Origin: Mytilus trossulus
Lineage: Eukaryota
Reading direction: 5' to 3'
Assembly (NCBI RefSeq): GCF_036588685.1
Contig: NC_086379.1
Span: 85,064,001 to 85,128,000, forward strand
DNA: 64,000 nucleotides
The notes beneath the pieces are model-generated. The model searched no databases. It saw nothing but the letters and a program-made list of their open reading frames with translations, and was not told where the DNA came from. This document shows, piece by piece, positions 38,801 to 49,592 of this stretch (position 1 is the stretch's first letter; the number at the start of each line of letters is the position of its first letter). Made by a program: the position numbers and the translations under genes.

Positions 38801-41800
38801 TTTGACATATTCCACATTTCCATTCTCAATTTTATGAATTTACAGAGATACACAGGAGTCTGATTGACTAGTCATGCTAGTTGTACAATGATATTTTGGT
38901 GAATTGATCTGTTTTACTTTGTAGGTTGATGACACACCTGTTTGATGCTCTAATCAAACATAAAGAAACAGGTTTGCTGAAAAATATCTTGGAGTATATC
39001 TCCAATATACCAGAATCTTGCCTCTGTAAGATGTTAGATTATATTTTAAGGTGAGTACATCAAGAAAAGGCACATTGAAGTGTAGTACCAATATACCACA
39101 ATCTTGCCTTTTCAGTAAAATGTTAATACTAGATTAATCGATTAAATCAAGATTAAAGTATTACAGCAAAATAAAACTTGTTACAGCTGATTCCATTGAG
39201 TGTGTAGACAAAGGTAATGTCTTTGGTTAGCTTGCTTGTTAGCTGAACCGTAAATTTGTTATAAGGTAACATATACTACCCTCCTGTCAAAGTAGCCTAG
39301 TCCTACAAACAGATAGATTTGTTATCTGTTGGAACAGTTTTACTCTTAAAGGAGGATAGTTTACCTTAACTAATAATTACTTCTATGTTAAGCTATCAAG
39401 CAAGCTTATCAAAGGATATTTGCCTGCACACTGGATGGAATCGGCTGTAAATATTACAGCAAAATAACAGTGGTTACAATATTTCTCTGATTACACAAAA
39501 TTCAGATATACCAGTAAAATAATACATGTTCAGGCCTAAATTAAAATATTGTTTGTTTGCCCTTTTCCGACCCTAAGTTTTGAAACAGGGTAGGTAGGTA
39601 GGTAAAATATTTTATTTTTTTCCCCAAAAAAATAACTTGGCTCGGTATATTATTTGTCATGGGTAGGCAGGTAGGTAAAATATTTTATTTTATATACACA
39701 TGGAAAAAAGTATTGCAACACCTTGATTTTTTAAAATTTGAAAAATCAGCCTCTTTTTATGGATGAAATATAATAAAATATTTGTATAATATTATTGAAA
39801 TATAGTTTATGATAACATTGGCATTGAAACGAACAAAAAATGTTTTTTACAACTTTTACTGTAGTCGAACTTTACAATGTCAGACATTTCAAAATTAATC
39901 TTAAGATGACTGTTCACATCATGGTTGATCGTTATACGCCAAAGAATTAGTACTTTGTGCGCAGCCTCCATTCAAACGGATAACCGCATCTAAACGTCTT
40001 CTGATTCCTGCCAAAAATCGACTAATTTGATGCTAGGGTAGCAGCAACCATTTCTGATGAAGGGCATTGTTTATTTCATGATGTGTTTAAACTGGGGGTG
40101 TCCTTTCGCGCACGTTCCGCCCAATAGTGTCCCATATATGCTCGATATGGTTCAAATCCGGGCTACCATCCGTCCAAGGAAGATGAACCGAATTCCATTG
40201 GAACAATGGATCTTCCTCCACGATGCTAATTTTCAACTTTAGCGAGCTCTGCACTACATTGGATACAGAAAACTGTGTGACTGTTCGTAAGCAAAGGTCT
40301 CCGAAATGGTCTTGTCGCACGATAACCAGTAGCGATGAGTCAATCTCGAACAGTTCTTGTTAAAAGGCTCCTGTATGCCCACCACTCTCTTTTTAGGATT
40401 GTATTGTATGCAATGGATTTCCTTCTGACCAACCTTCATTATGCCCTATTTTCCCTAGCAAATGGTATAGGGGGTCTTCTTTATCTCGGAAGGTCTTTAA
40501 CATCGTTTAGTGCCTTATTTTTATTCTCAAAACGACTTATAGTGGAATGGTGATGACCAAAAATATGTGCAGTTGTTTCAGCGACATCCCTGCTTCTCTC
40601 ATGCTGATAATCTGCCATCTTGCTGCAGTTTAGAGTTGTCGAGGACCCATTACAAGGTGTCAATCACATAACTTTAAAAACTTGGTTATTTAAAGTGTTG
40701 AAAATAATGAGGATGAAAACATCTGTTTAGCTGTTTACGGGTACAGTAGCTGCATGTGCAGATAAAAACTTATCGAGTCGATATTTATTGATTAAACTCA
40801 GGTGATACTTAAATAATGTTTAATTAGTTCTATTTTACCAAATTATATCACAAAAAAATAAAAAGTGTTTTTTTAATTTCAATTTCAATTTGGTGTTGCA
40901 ATACTTTTTTTCATGTGTATAGATACAAAATCTGCATAATGTCATTTTTTTGTCCGTTTTGTTTTTGCAAATAAGTTTTCCGCTGGGACTATTAGTTTTG
41001 AAAAAAAAATATATAAGAGATAACTTTGTACTGGTAAGATAATGTCCGGGCAGACATATATTACTAGTAGAAAAAGTCCCTTGAGTGTTACAAATTTCGT
41101 GTGTGCCTTTTTTTCCAATAAAAATGCTATAATAAGACTTTTAAAAAACTCAATTGTCACATATTTTGCATCACATTTATAAATGATCTGTATGGAAAAC
41201 TTGGCGATTTTACTGCCAGATATTCTCCACTTTACAGGGTTTTGTCACTTTTGGTTCATGTCAGATATAAATAATTTAGCGGCATCGTTAACATAATCAT
41301 CCTGATATGCAGATCACAAAAGGCCATCGCTACATAGAATACAACGTCCGTTTACAAATTAGTTTGTACACACGTTAATACTTTTGTATCAAACGAACTT
41401 TTTTGTAAATGAACCCTGCTCTTTAAGTTTAAAGGTACAGAGTAACGTACTTCATATCATGATTTCAGAAAGCGTTCAACATCGATTTCAAACAAATGCT
41501 TTGAAACTTCAAATGCAAGTGTTCATGTCAAACGCTCAGGTGATACCAAACGGACTGGACCTTATACGTAAAGATAAAACCCGAGGATTCCGGTAAAAAA
41601 GTTTTGAGCGGGAAATACAAATATAAGATTTTGGGTAGGAACGAAAAAATGAAATAAAATAAAATCTTGCTGGTAAATACAAATAAAAGATTTTCAGGCG
41701 GAACGAATTGATAGGGTCGGTCGGTAAAGGGCAAACAAACAATATTTTAATTTAAGCCTCATACAAGATTTCATTTAAAAATGTTAAATCAAATATAATG

Positions 41801-44800
41801 TTTCTTATATACATGACTGAAAATTGTGACGTATCTTTGTAGTTTAGAAGAAAAAGATTTAGATGAACAACAAAATGGCCAGTCTGCCATAGAAGGATGT
41901 CCACTTTCCTCTACAAAGATGTATTTTATGTATCCTTTTGTCAATACTCACACATTTGTTTGCCTTTGAATACTATGAAACTATATTAATGACTAGTTAC
42001 TTGTTGCCAGTTTTTATTCAGTGGAAAAGTTAATTATTATGTGAGTAAACTCATCATAAATACCAGGATTGAAATCATGTATTTGCTCTGCACGTTTTGT
42101 TTATAGTTTTGTCTACAAAAGACTCACCAGTGAGGCTTGAATAAAAGAACATCCAAAAGGCCAAATAAAGTACAAAGTTGAAGAGCATTGAGGACCAAGA
42201 AGTCCTAAAAGTTTTGCTAAATACAGCTAAGGTAATCTATTCCTGAGGTAGAAAAGCCTTAATATTTAAAAAATTCAAAGTTTTTAAACAGTTAATTTAT
42301 GATTATAACCATACCAATGATAATTCATGTCAACACATTATGCTGATTACTGGGAAAGTAATACCCTTGGGGAATAAAACTCCACCAGCAGTGCAAGTTC
42401 AAAATAGAAAGACATTGCCAAAGGTGGGATCCAGATCATTAGCATGATTAGTATAGGTAATGAAACCAAAGTATGAACAGAATTACAAAATAAGTGTTAT
42501 GAACAAAGAGAAAATGTTGAAGGAGTATAATCTGCAGAAGCAAAATAATGTTTGATTATACTTAACATATAATCAGAAATCAGATCTTACGCATGGCTTT
42601 CAATGATGTGTTCCTGGTAGAGTGTGTCGGAATGCTCTCATTTAAAAATGTTCTGGTGAGTAAACTATTTACAAATCAGATCTTAAGCAATGCATTTATT
42701 GATGTGTTTCTGGTAGAGTGTGTCGGAATGCTCTCATTTAAAAATGTTCTGGTGAGTAAACTATTTACAAATCAGATCTTAAGCAATGCATTTATTGATG
42801 TGTTCCTGGTAGAATGTGTCAGAATGCTCTCATTTAAAAATGTTCTGGTGAGTAAAGTGAAATTAGTTTTTTTCATGGTTTCAAGTTTCACTGTATATTC
42901 TAAGATATATATTTCACAGAATGAAGGGGTTATGTATAACTTCTTTGTTAAAATCGGGAAAAAATACTTCATCATATTGAATTTATCTGTTCTACCTGCA
43001 GGTTTATGGACAAAGGGAAATAACTCATATTGAATGTATCTGTTGTACCTGCAGGTTTATGGGCAAAGGGAAATAACTCATATTGAATGTATCTGTTCTA
43101 CCTGCAGGTTTATGGACAAAGGGAAATAACTCATATTGAATGTATCTGTTCTACCTGCAGGCTTATGGGCAAAGGGTAATAACTCATTGAATGTATCTGT
43201 TCTACCTGCAGGTTTATGGGCAAAGGGAATAACTCATATTGAATGTATCTGTTCTACCTGCAGGTTTATGGACAAAGGGAAATAACTCATATTGAATGTA
43301 TCTGTTCTACCTGCAGGTTAAAGGACAAAACGAAATAACTCATATTGAATGTATCTGTTGTACCTGCAGGTTTATGGGCAAAGGGTAATAACTCATATTG
43401 AATGTATCTGTTCTACCTGCAGGTTTATGGACAAAGGGAAATAACTCATATTGAATGTATCTGTTCTACCTGCAGGTTTATGTACAAAGGGAAATAACTC
43501 ATATTGAATGTATCTGTTCTACCTGCTGGTTTATGGACAAAGGGAAATAACTCAGCTTGTCAAATTAAAATGTTAAAATGTAGTGACAGTAGTAATTGAT
43601 CACTGACACTATGTAGTTGTGACAGGAATCTTTTATCTTTACAGGCTTTGTTAGAGTATTTATACTTTCTGCTTAATATTGGACCAGAACAGATAGAAGA
43701 TATACCAAACAATCCTTCATTGGGCCAGGTAATTATTTCACTCAGATTAAACCAGATATACCAAACACCTTCATTAGACAGATGTAACTGGTGTTTCATT
43801 ATTTTTCTTTAGATACCAATTGTTGTGGGTTTCGTTGGTAGAAACTTGCATTTAAAAGTTCAATGAATTTCAAATTTTGTATGGGCTTTGTATGTGGAGA
43901 TGGGCAAAAACCATGAAAATGCTAGTTTTTCCCATTCCATGAAAATAAATTAATGCGCAGTACTTCATATTCAGATTTAACCAGAAATTGCAAACAATCC
44001 TTCCTTGGCACAGGTAATTACTTATATTCAGATTTCACTACAAAAGAACTGTATCAATTTTAGATAATAGAAATATACAAAATGCAATGGAGAAAACAAA
44101 GTAATACCAATTCTTTCTGAGATAAAGTTAAGTATTGCAGACCTGGGCTGAATAGTTTTAGATAAATTTGAAAAATAAGTCCCCTTTAATCATTTCATTT
44201 CAGACAATACCAGTATGATATGGTAAATGTCTGGTATGCTTGACTAATCAATATCATTATTATCATTCCAGGTTGTAGACTGGTTATGTTGTATATTAGA
44301 TGGACATTTTACACAGCTAATTATCTCCCCTGATGCCAGAGGTGTACTGGTGCATCTGCATAGCATTGTAGAATCTCAGGTAAATATTGATAGGATTATC
44401 TCTCCAGGTGAGAGGTGTCCTGGTGCATCTGCATAGCATTGTAGAATCTCAGGTAAATATTGATAGGATTATCTCCCCTGGTGAGGGGTGTACTTGTGCA
44501 TCTGCATAGTATTGTAGAATCTCAGGTAAATATTGATAGTATTATCTCTCCAGGTGAGAGGTGTCCTGGTGCATCTGCATAGCATTGTAGAATCTCAGGT
44601 AAATATTGATAGGATTATCTCCCCTGGTGAGGGGTGTACTTGTGCATCTGCATAGTATTGTAGAATCTCAGGTAAATATTGATAGGATTATCTCCCCTGA
44701 TGACAGGTGTACTGGTGCATCTGCACAGTATTGTAGAATCTCAGGTAAATATTGATAGGATTATCTCCCCTGGTGAGAGGTGCACGCATCTGCACAGTAT

Positions 44801-46717
44801 TGTAGAATCTCAGGTTAATATTGATAGGATTATCTCCCCTGGTGAGAGGTGCACGCATCTGCACAGTATTGTAGAATCTCAGGTTAATATTGATAGGATT
44901 ATCTCCCCTGGTGAGGGGTGTACTTGTGCATCTGCATAGTATTGTAGAATCTCAGATTAATGTTGATAGGATTATCTCCCCTGATGAGAGGTGTACTGGT
45001 GCATCTGCATAGCATTGTAGAATCTCAGATTAATGTTGATAGGATTATCTCCCCTGATGACAGGTGTACTGGTGCATCTGCACAATATTTTAGAATCTTG
45101 GGTTAGTATTGATAGGATTATCTCCCCTGATCAGAGCTTAACTTGTGCATCTGCATAATGTAACTTTTGTAGAATCTCATGTAAATATAAATAGGATTAT
45201 CTCCCCTGATGAGAAGTGTATTGATGTATCTGCTCAGTATTCTAGAATATCAGGTAAAAATTACTTGGATTATCTCCCCTGATGGTAGAGTTGTACTTAT
45301 GAATCTGCACAGTATTCTATAATCTCAGGTAAATATTGATAGAATCATCTCCCCTGATGTCAGAGGTGTACTTGTGCATCTGCATAGTATTGTAAAATCT
45401 GTGGTAAGTATTGATAGGATTTTCTCCCCTGATAAGAGGTATATGTTAGAATCTCAGTGAGATGATGATCTGATTATCTCCCCTGATAAGAGGTATATGT
45501 TAGAATCTCAGTAAGATGTTGATCTGATTATCTCCCCTGATAAGAGGTATATGTTAGAATCTCAGGAAGATGTTGATCTGATTATCTCCCCTGATAAGAG
45601 GTATATGTTAGAATCTCAGGAAGATGTTGATCTGATTATCTCCCCTGATAAGAGGTATATGTTAGAATCTCAGTAAGATGTTGATCTGATTATCTCCCCT
45701 GATAAGAGGTATATGTTAGAATCTCAGTAAGATGATGATCTGATTATCTCCCCTGATAAGAGGTATATGTTAGAATCTCAGTAAGATGTTGATCTGATTA
45801 TCCCCCCTGATAAGAGGTATATGTTAGAATCTCAGTAAGATGTTGATCTGATTATCCCCCCTGATAAGAGGTATATGTTAGAATCTCAGTAAGATGTTGA
45901 TCTGATTATCTCCCCTGATGACAGGTATATGTTAGAATCTCAGTAAGATGTTGATCTGATTATCTCCCTTGATGAGAGGTATATGTTAGAATCTCAGTAA
46001 GATGATGATCTGATTATCTCCCTTGGTGAGAGGAGTAGTGAGGTGTTATTCCTGTTTAAGGGGTTGCAGCAATCAGTCCCGATGTGGTTGTTCTGTTTAT
46101 TTTAGGGCATAATAGAGAAGTCACCTGTCGTTTTTATTTTGTTATTTTTTTGTGCTACTGAAAAGTCAGTCTTGTTACTATATTTGTTATTTTATATGAA
46201 TTTGGTTAAATATACTTACCATGAAATTACATATATATTATATAGAATATGTTTGCTTTCACAACATGTTCTCATCGCAATTAACTAGGTGATTAAAAAT
46301 TATATCCATGAGATGTACTCACCTACGTCATAGTTCACCTGTGTAACATACACTAGCTTTAGTTTTAATTTTTGCGTTCAAGAGAACGCATGTTTCTCGT
46401 CGGCAAGGATTTTTAACAGTTTACTGTTGAGAATCCTTATGTTTTATAAAAGACATTATGTGTTGTCTGCACATTTGATTTTCATATTTAATGGGTTTAT
46501 TTAAACTGAAACAGGGTAAAGAATCAGTCCAGTTGTTATTATTTTTTATTTTTTTTAGGGTTACAACTGTTGAAATTGTTTTGTTATTTTTCAGGTTGAG
46601 TTTTATGATCAGTTAATCAGTTTAGATGCTCTACTACAACAATTGAAGTCTAGATGTGCAATACCCACAAACAAGATGGTTGGACAATACTGCATTGAAG
46701 TTTTACACATACTGTAA
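14756..46717 (+). CDS. NOL11: Nucleolar protein 11 (SSU processome t-UTP component), complete gene, 16 coding exons, 1902 nt CDS, ~633 aa
   Basis: Spliced product contains KSWSVRRGQEITSPTVWN, ILSVKGYEPVVV, RCLTEKKFFPK, NIPESCLC, VVDWLCCILDGHFTQLIISPDA and C-terminal GQYCIEVLHIL*, all recognisable NOL11 motifs; all phases consistent. Confidence 0.93.
15275..16132. mobile_element. MITE with left TIR split by a nested element
   Basis: agggctcttcac[insert]ggttagttcgg / ccgaacttaccgtgaagagccct. Confidence 0.82.
15287..15931. mobile_element. Foldback-like MITE with ~140-bp TIRs and 5-bp TSD
   Basis: TTCAC|caggttgggaacaaacc...ggtttgttcccaacctg|TTCAC. Confidence 0.88.
16310..16664. mobile_element. 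PIF/Harbinger-like MITE
   Basis: TTA|ggcccaaaaaaaatatatgtctgtttcc...ggaaatagacatatatattttttttggcc|TTA. Confidence 0.8.
16847..16957 (+). CDS. NOL11: NOL11 exon 2
   Basis: cag|TETQKTVKSWSVRRGQEITSPTVWNE...DKK|gtaaat. Confidence 0.93.
17571..18849. mobile_element. pogo/Tc1-mariner-type non-autonomous element
   Basis: TA|cagtagactccggccaatcggata...tatccgattaggtggagtctactg|TA; subterminal ccgat repeats. Confidence 0.85.
19217..19273 (+). CDS. NOL11: NOL11 exon 3
   Basis: tag|EVRLWTKDEVNFEKCKKKH|gtgagt. Confidence 0.9.
19266..21590 (+). repeat. 46-bp minisatellite, ~50 copies, each with the NOL11 exon 3 donor
   Basis: unit agaaacat|gtgagtattactaaaagtatctatgttgtatgaccatt. Confidence 0.97.
22088..22282 (+). 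CDS. NOL11: NOL11 exon 4
   Basis: cag|FQHNIHQILSVKGYEPVVV...CLVQKQ|gtaaat. Confidence 0.92.
22198..23606 (+). repeat. 95-bp minisatellite, ~15 copies: 85 nt of NOL11 exon 4 plus donor
   Basis: period 95 (22198, 22293, 22388); ...gcagaaacag|gtaaattaca. Confidence 0.97.
24059..24209 (+). CDS. NOL11: NOL11 exon 5
   Basis: cag|NKSLQMITH...VRCHVL|gtaagt; open, phase 0-1. Confidence 0.82.
24690..25042. repeat. 67-bp minisatellite, ~5 copies
   Basis: cttttgtcagtacaagtccaaagcatatattagacagacacacagagaaagatagtgagaattacta. Confidence 0.93.
25283..25441 (+). CDS. NOL11: NOL11 exon 6
   Basis: cag|SSGDLHSL...LNSTHIAIAGIKQGNH|gtaaga. Confidence 0.88.
25439..27662 (+). repeat. 44-bp minisatellite, ~50 copies, each with the NOL11 exon 6 donor
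   Basis: unit aca|gtaagaaatcacctatcaaaaccatagaattgtaacacttt. Confidence 0.97.
28262..28344 (+). CDS. NOL11: NOL11 exon 7 (acceptor may instead be the in-frame AG at 28270)
   Basis: aag|GLGIYDTRFDVLHTFRPFTENMTEDIK|gtaagg. Confidence 0.8.
28655..29673. mobile_element. hAT-like non-autonomous element
   Basis: TIR cagggcttccaaaa / ttttggaagccttg; 8-bp TSD gtagtaag / gtagtaac. Confidence 0.85.
30345..30509 (+). CDS. NOL11: NOL11 exon 8
   Basis: cag|LFHCNNCLFTSYGKTLYMYSYSCQRSTVATILGK...KVP|gtaagt. Confidence 0.9.
31017..31085 (+). CDS. NOL11: NOL11 exon 9
   Basis: cag|KKKDCEKEENIRNILQQLSDETK|gtacat. Confidence 0.8.
31793..34888. repeat. 27-bp minisatellite, ~115 copies, NOL11 intron 9
   Basis: unit ttttctctgtgtagtttgttcackgtc; explains the 1119-aa and 1056-aa track ORFs. 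Confidence 0.98.
35442..35617 (+). CDS. NOL11: NOL11 exon 10
   Basis: cag|VTNYKKF...VQRCLTEKKFFPKTEVQFLIETQAIPS|gtaagt. Confidence 0.9.
35578..37875 (+). repeat. Compound ~42-56-bp minisatellite, each unit with the NOL11 exon 10 end and donor
   Basis: core tagaaacacaggctataccttctgt|gtaagtaca with several alternative linkers. Confidence 0.96.
38355..38475 (+). mobile_element. Dispersed non-autonomous repeat; related pieces at ~47480-47745 (-), 48440-48735 (+), 56240-56410 (-), 24220-24450 (+)
   Basis: Shared gaagatgtggtatga..gccaatgagacaact and tataggtca..gtacggccttcaac blocks recur within the window. Confidence 0.75.
38925..39050 (+). CDS. NOL11: NOL11 exon 11
   Basis: tag|LMTHLFDALIKHKETGLL...NIPESCLCKMLDYIL|gtgagt. 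Confidence 0.92.
39184..39447. mobile_element. Small MITE with TA flanks
   Basis: cagctgattccattgagtgtgtagacaaa / tttgcctgcacactggatggaatcggctg. Confidence 0.7.
39533..41758. mobile_element. PIF/Harbinger-like non-autonomous element hosting a Tc1 insertion
   Basis: TCA|ggcctaaattaaaatattgtttgtttgccct...agggcaaacaaacaatattttaatttaagcc|TCA. Confidence 0.85.
39695..40919 (-). mobile_element. Decayed Tc1-like transposon with transposase pseudogene
   Basis: TIR tacacatggaaaaaagtattgcaacacc, TA flanks; minus-strand fragments SPDLNHIEHIW (Tc1 SPDLNPIE motif) and HTH-like HHSTISRF...VKDLPR; frameshifted and internally deleted. Confidence 0.92.
41843..41929 (+). CDS. NOL11: NOL11 exon 12
   Basis: tag|LEEKDLDEQQ...EGCPLSSTKMYF|gtatcctttt (U12-type donor). 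Confidence 0.88.
41930..42576 (+). other. U12-type (minor spliceosome) GT-AG intron, NOL11 intron 12
   Basis: 5' site GTATCCTTT; branch-like TACTTAAC at 42559-42566, 10 nt from the end of the intron; no polypyrimidine tract; phase fits. Confidence 0.88.
42577..42655 (+). CDS. NOL11: NOL11 exon 13 (followed by two in-frame tandem copies)
   Basis: cag|NQILRMAFNDVFLVECVGMLSFKNVL|gtgagt. Confidence 0.87.
42577..42856 (+). repeat. 96-bp x3 in-frame repeat of NOL11 exon 13 plus donor
   Basis: Copies start at 42577, 42673, 42769; each ends gttctg|gtgagtaaa. Confidence 0.95.
42971..43555. repeat. 53-bp minisatellite, ~11 copies
   Basis: atattgaatgtatctgttctacctgcaggtttatggacaaagggaaataactc. Confidence 0.95.
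43645..43728 (+). CDS. NOL11: NOL11 exon 14
   Basis: cag|ALLEYLYFLLNIGPEQIEDIPNNPSLGQ|gtaatt. Confidence 0.92.
44272..44379 (+). CDS. NOL11: NOL11 exon 15
   Basis: cag|VVDWLCCILDGHFTQLIISPDARGVLVHLHSIVESQ|gtaaat. Confidence 0.94.
44320..46030 (+). repeat. 73-bp minisatellite from NOL11 exon 15 plus donor, grading into a 54-bp derivative from ~45420
   Basis: attatctcccctg...gtagaatctcag|gtaaatattgatagg; periods 73 (44379, 44452) and 54 (45481, 45535). Confidence 0.95.
46595..46717 (+). CDS. NOL11: NOL11 exon 16 (terminal)
   Basis: cag|VEFYDQLISLD...GQYCIEVLHIL-TAA. Confidence 0.94.
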   Translation, partial: VEFYDQLISLDALLQQLKSRCAIPTNKMVGQYCIEVLHIL

Positions 46718-46722
46718 ATAAA
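46717..46722 (+). terminator. Candidate polyadenylation signal overlapping the NOL11 stop codon
   Basis: ctg TAAATAAA; GT/T-rich tract downstream (tgctgtgttgatttt). Confidence 0.55.
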
Positions 46723-48774
46723 AATCATATTAATTCACATTGCTGTGTTGATTTTATTTTGAATCCTTTCTTATTGACGTCATTCTTTATATATGCAACA
46801 AGATTCACTAACATTTATGTTATTTAGTAAAAGATCTACCTGTATTGATAGGAAGGTCCCTTAAAAGGCACTAGCTATCAGATATAGAAAAAAAAAATGT
46901 TTTTTTTTTGTTCAATCATTATTGAAAAGAAAAAGTGAAATTATAATTTGCTTTTAGCAACCAGTTTTGTGTAATTTTGTTACAATAAGTTCAGGATCAT
47001 TGTTATTGATTTATTTACTTGCAAGTGAATAATTCAACTTATTGAATCCATATTAATGTTATTTTAATTTAACACCTTAGCTAGAGAAGGGTTATGCATA
47101 AAATAGGTATGCTCAGCTATTAACAGTAAAGAAATGTCATTGTTGGAAGTGAAACAAGGGCAATCCATTCGGTTGGACGACTGATTAGATCTCAAAAATC
47201 ATTCTTATACAGGTAATAACAATGAATAACATATTTTTTAAACCTATAATATAAAATTAAACAGGCCTAGAAAATTCCAATTGCACTTGTGTGCTATCTA
47301 TTTATATCTATATTTATGTTTATATTGGGTTATATGACCATCATCAGTCTTCTAGAGGTCTCCTCCATTGTTAATTAGATGGTCTCTATACTAAAACACT
47401 TAAAAAACGCTGCTACATAATTTCATTGTAAATTGTTTATCTCATACTTTTTTAAAATTTGAATATACATTTTTGGAATCCGATGTACAGTAGTTGTTGT
47501 TTGTTTATGTAATATATACTTGTTTCTCATTTCTCATTTTTTTTTATATAGATTAGACCGTTGGTTTTCCCCTTTGAATGGTTTTACACTAGTAATTTTG
47601 GGGCCCTTTATAGCTTGTTGTTCGGTGTGAGCCAAGGCTCCGTGTTGAAGGCCGTACATTGACCTATAATGGTTTACTTTTTTAAAATTGTTTGTTGAAT
47701 GGAGAGTTGTCTCATTGGCACTCACACCACATCATCCTATATCTATTTTAGTATGTTTAGCATCAAATATGAGAATTACGGTCAAGTCTGTGAATAATAA
47801 TTTGACTGCTAGCATTTCTGTTATTTGCTTCAAAATCAGCAATTTTATTGACAGATAGGTCCATTAAACTTTCTGTTTTATCCACATGTTTACTTATTTA
47901 TTCCTTGTCCAAAATGACCACATATTCAGTCTTGTTATTAAGTTGACCTGTTGGATGGTAACCATTGCCACATCTGCAGTCAGAACACCAAACATGTCCA
48001 AAAACACTTTTCTTACTTTTAAAAAGTGAACTTGAAACAAAAGCCAGGTCAAGAAATTCAATAGTTGTGTAAATTATTTGAACTTTTAAGATTACTTATG
48101 GAGTGTTATTAATATAAAAGTTCTCCGCCCTACAGAATGTGCCATAAATAGATTAACTAATCTGATTAAATTGAAAAACTATATTGTATAGTACTTAAGA
48201 TTAACAAATTTTTCAATATATATTTCCTTCAATTTAGCTGTATGTAAAATAAAATCATGTATTTCATACTGAATTGAACACACACATTTGTTCATCTTCA
48301 AGTGCTGTTAATTGGTCGATATTGGTGGCTGCAACAGTAATATCCCATTAATAACTGGTCATCATGTGCTGCCAAAATAACAGATCCTAGACCTGCTTGC
48401 CTAAGTTATTAATATAAGATGTTCAGATGACACAGAAACTAACAGCTATAGGTCACTGTATGGCCTTCAAAAAGGAGCAAATCCAATACAGCATATAGTC
48501 CGCTATAAAAGACCTAAAAATCAAAACTGTAAAACAATTCAAACAAGACAACTAATGGTCTAATTAATGTACAGAAAAATGATTGAACAACAAATACGTA
48601 AAAAAGCAACAAACGACAACCACTGAATGAAAGGCTCCTGACTTCTGACAGCCACACACATACAGACGGTGGCGGGTTTGAACATGTTAGCGGTATCCCA
48701 ACCATTCCCCTTTACCTGGGACAATGGTGTTACAGTAGAACATAAGTGTGCCTTATTCTTCAAATTACAAAAAT

Positions 48775-48892
48775 CGGGACGGGAACATGAGAATATGACT
48801 TGAGACAGGAGCATTAGGATATGACTTAGGACGGGAACATTAGGATATGACTTGAGACGGGAACATTAGGATATGACTTGAGACAGGAACAT
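48775..48892. repeat. ~27-bp tandem repeat x4
   Basis: gacgggaacattaggatatgacttga repeated. Confidence 0.85.
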
Positions 48893-49592
48893 GTGTAAAA
48901 ACACCTGGATTTATGGTGATGTCCCCCTTATGTAGCTTCCTTTAAGTTTAAGGTGGCTCAAGCCTATTCGAAATTTCTATCAGAAGTGCCGTATTTTGGT
49001 TGTTTTATTCTTTAAAGAAAATGAATCAAATTGGTCGAAAAAAAATAGGTGGTCACGTACCATTTAAGCTCAAAATTTTACATTTAAACAGGTATGTAAA
49101 AGGGATCATTTTTCAATGAAATGATAAGGAAAATAGAGGTGTTGACATATTTTTATCGGAATATCAAAAAAACGTTCTGAGACAATTGGTCCAAAACTGT
49201 AATATGAAAAGCTGGAATATAGCTTCAAAGAATGAGCCAATAAAAAACAGGTCACCGATAAGGAAAAAAAATATTTTGCCTTAAAACCCAAACTTTGGTG
49301 GGAAAATGGTGAAAATGGGTGAAATGTCATTTTAACCCTTTAACAAATACGGATAATAACGAAAATATTTTATTAGTTACATAACTACAATTATTTATCA
49401 TTTCTAATCAATCAAAATATTTACGACTTATCCTATAAGATATGGAAAATGACAGCATTGACGTTTATTTTTATATATTTATAAATTCCTTAGAAATAAA
49501 ACAAAACCTTGACAAGATACCGATATCTTATGGTGATACATGTATTAAGCATTAAGTTTATTGAGGATATATTTCAACTACATTGACCACAG

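Noticed and set aside
46861-47815. Possible Kolobok-like element starting ttaaaaggcactagct (similar start at ~48947)
   Set aside because: No matching right TIR or TSD could be identified.
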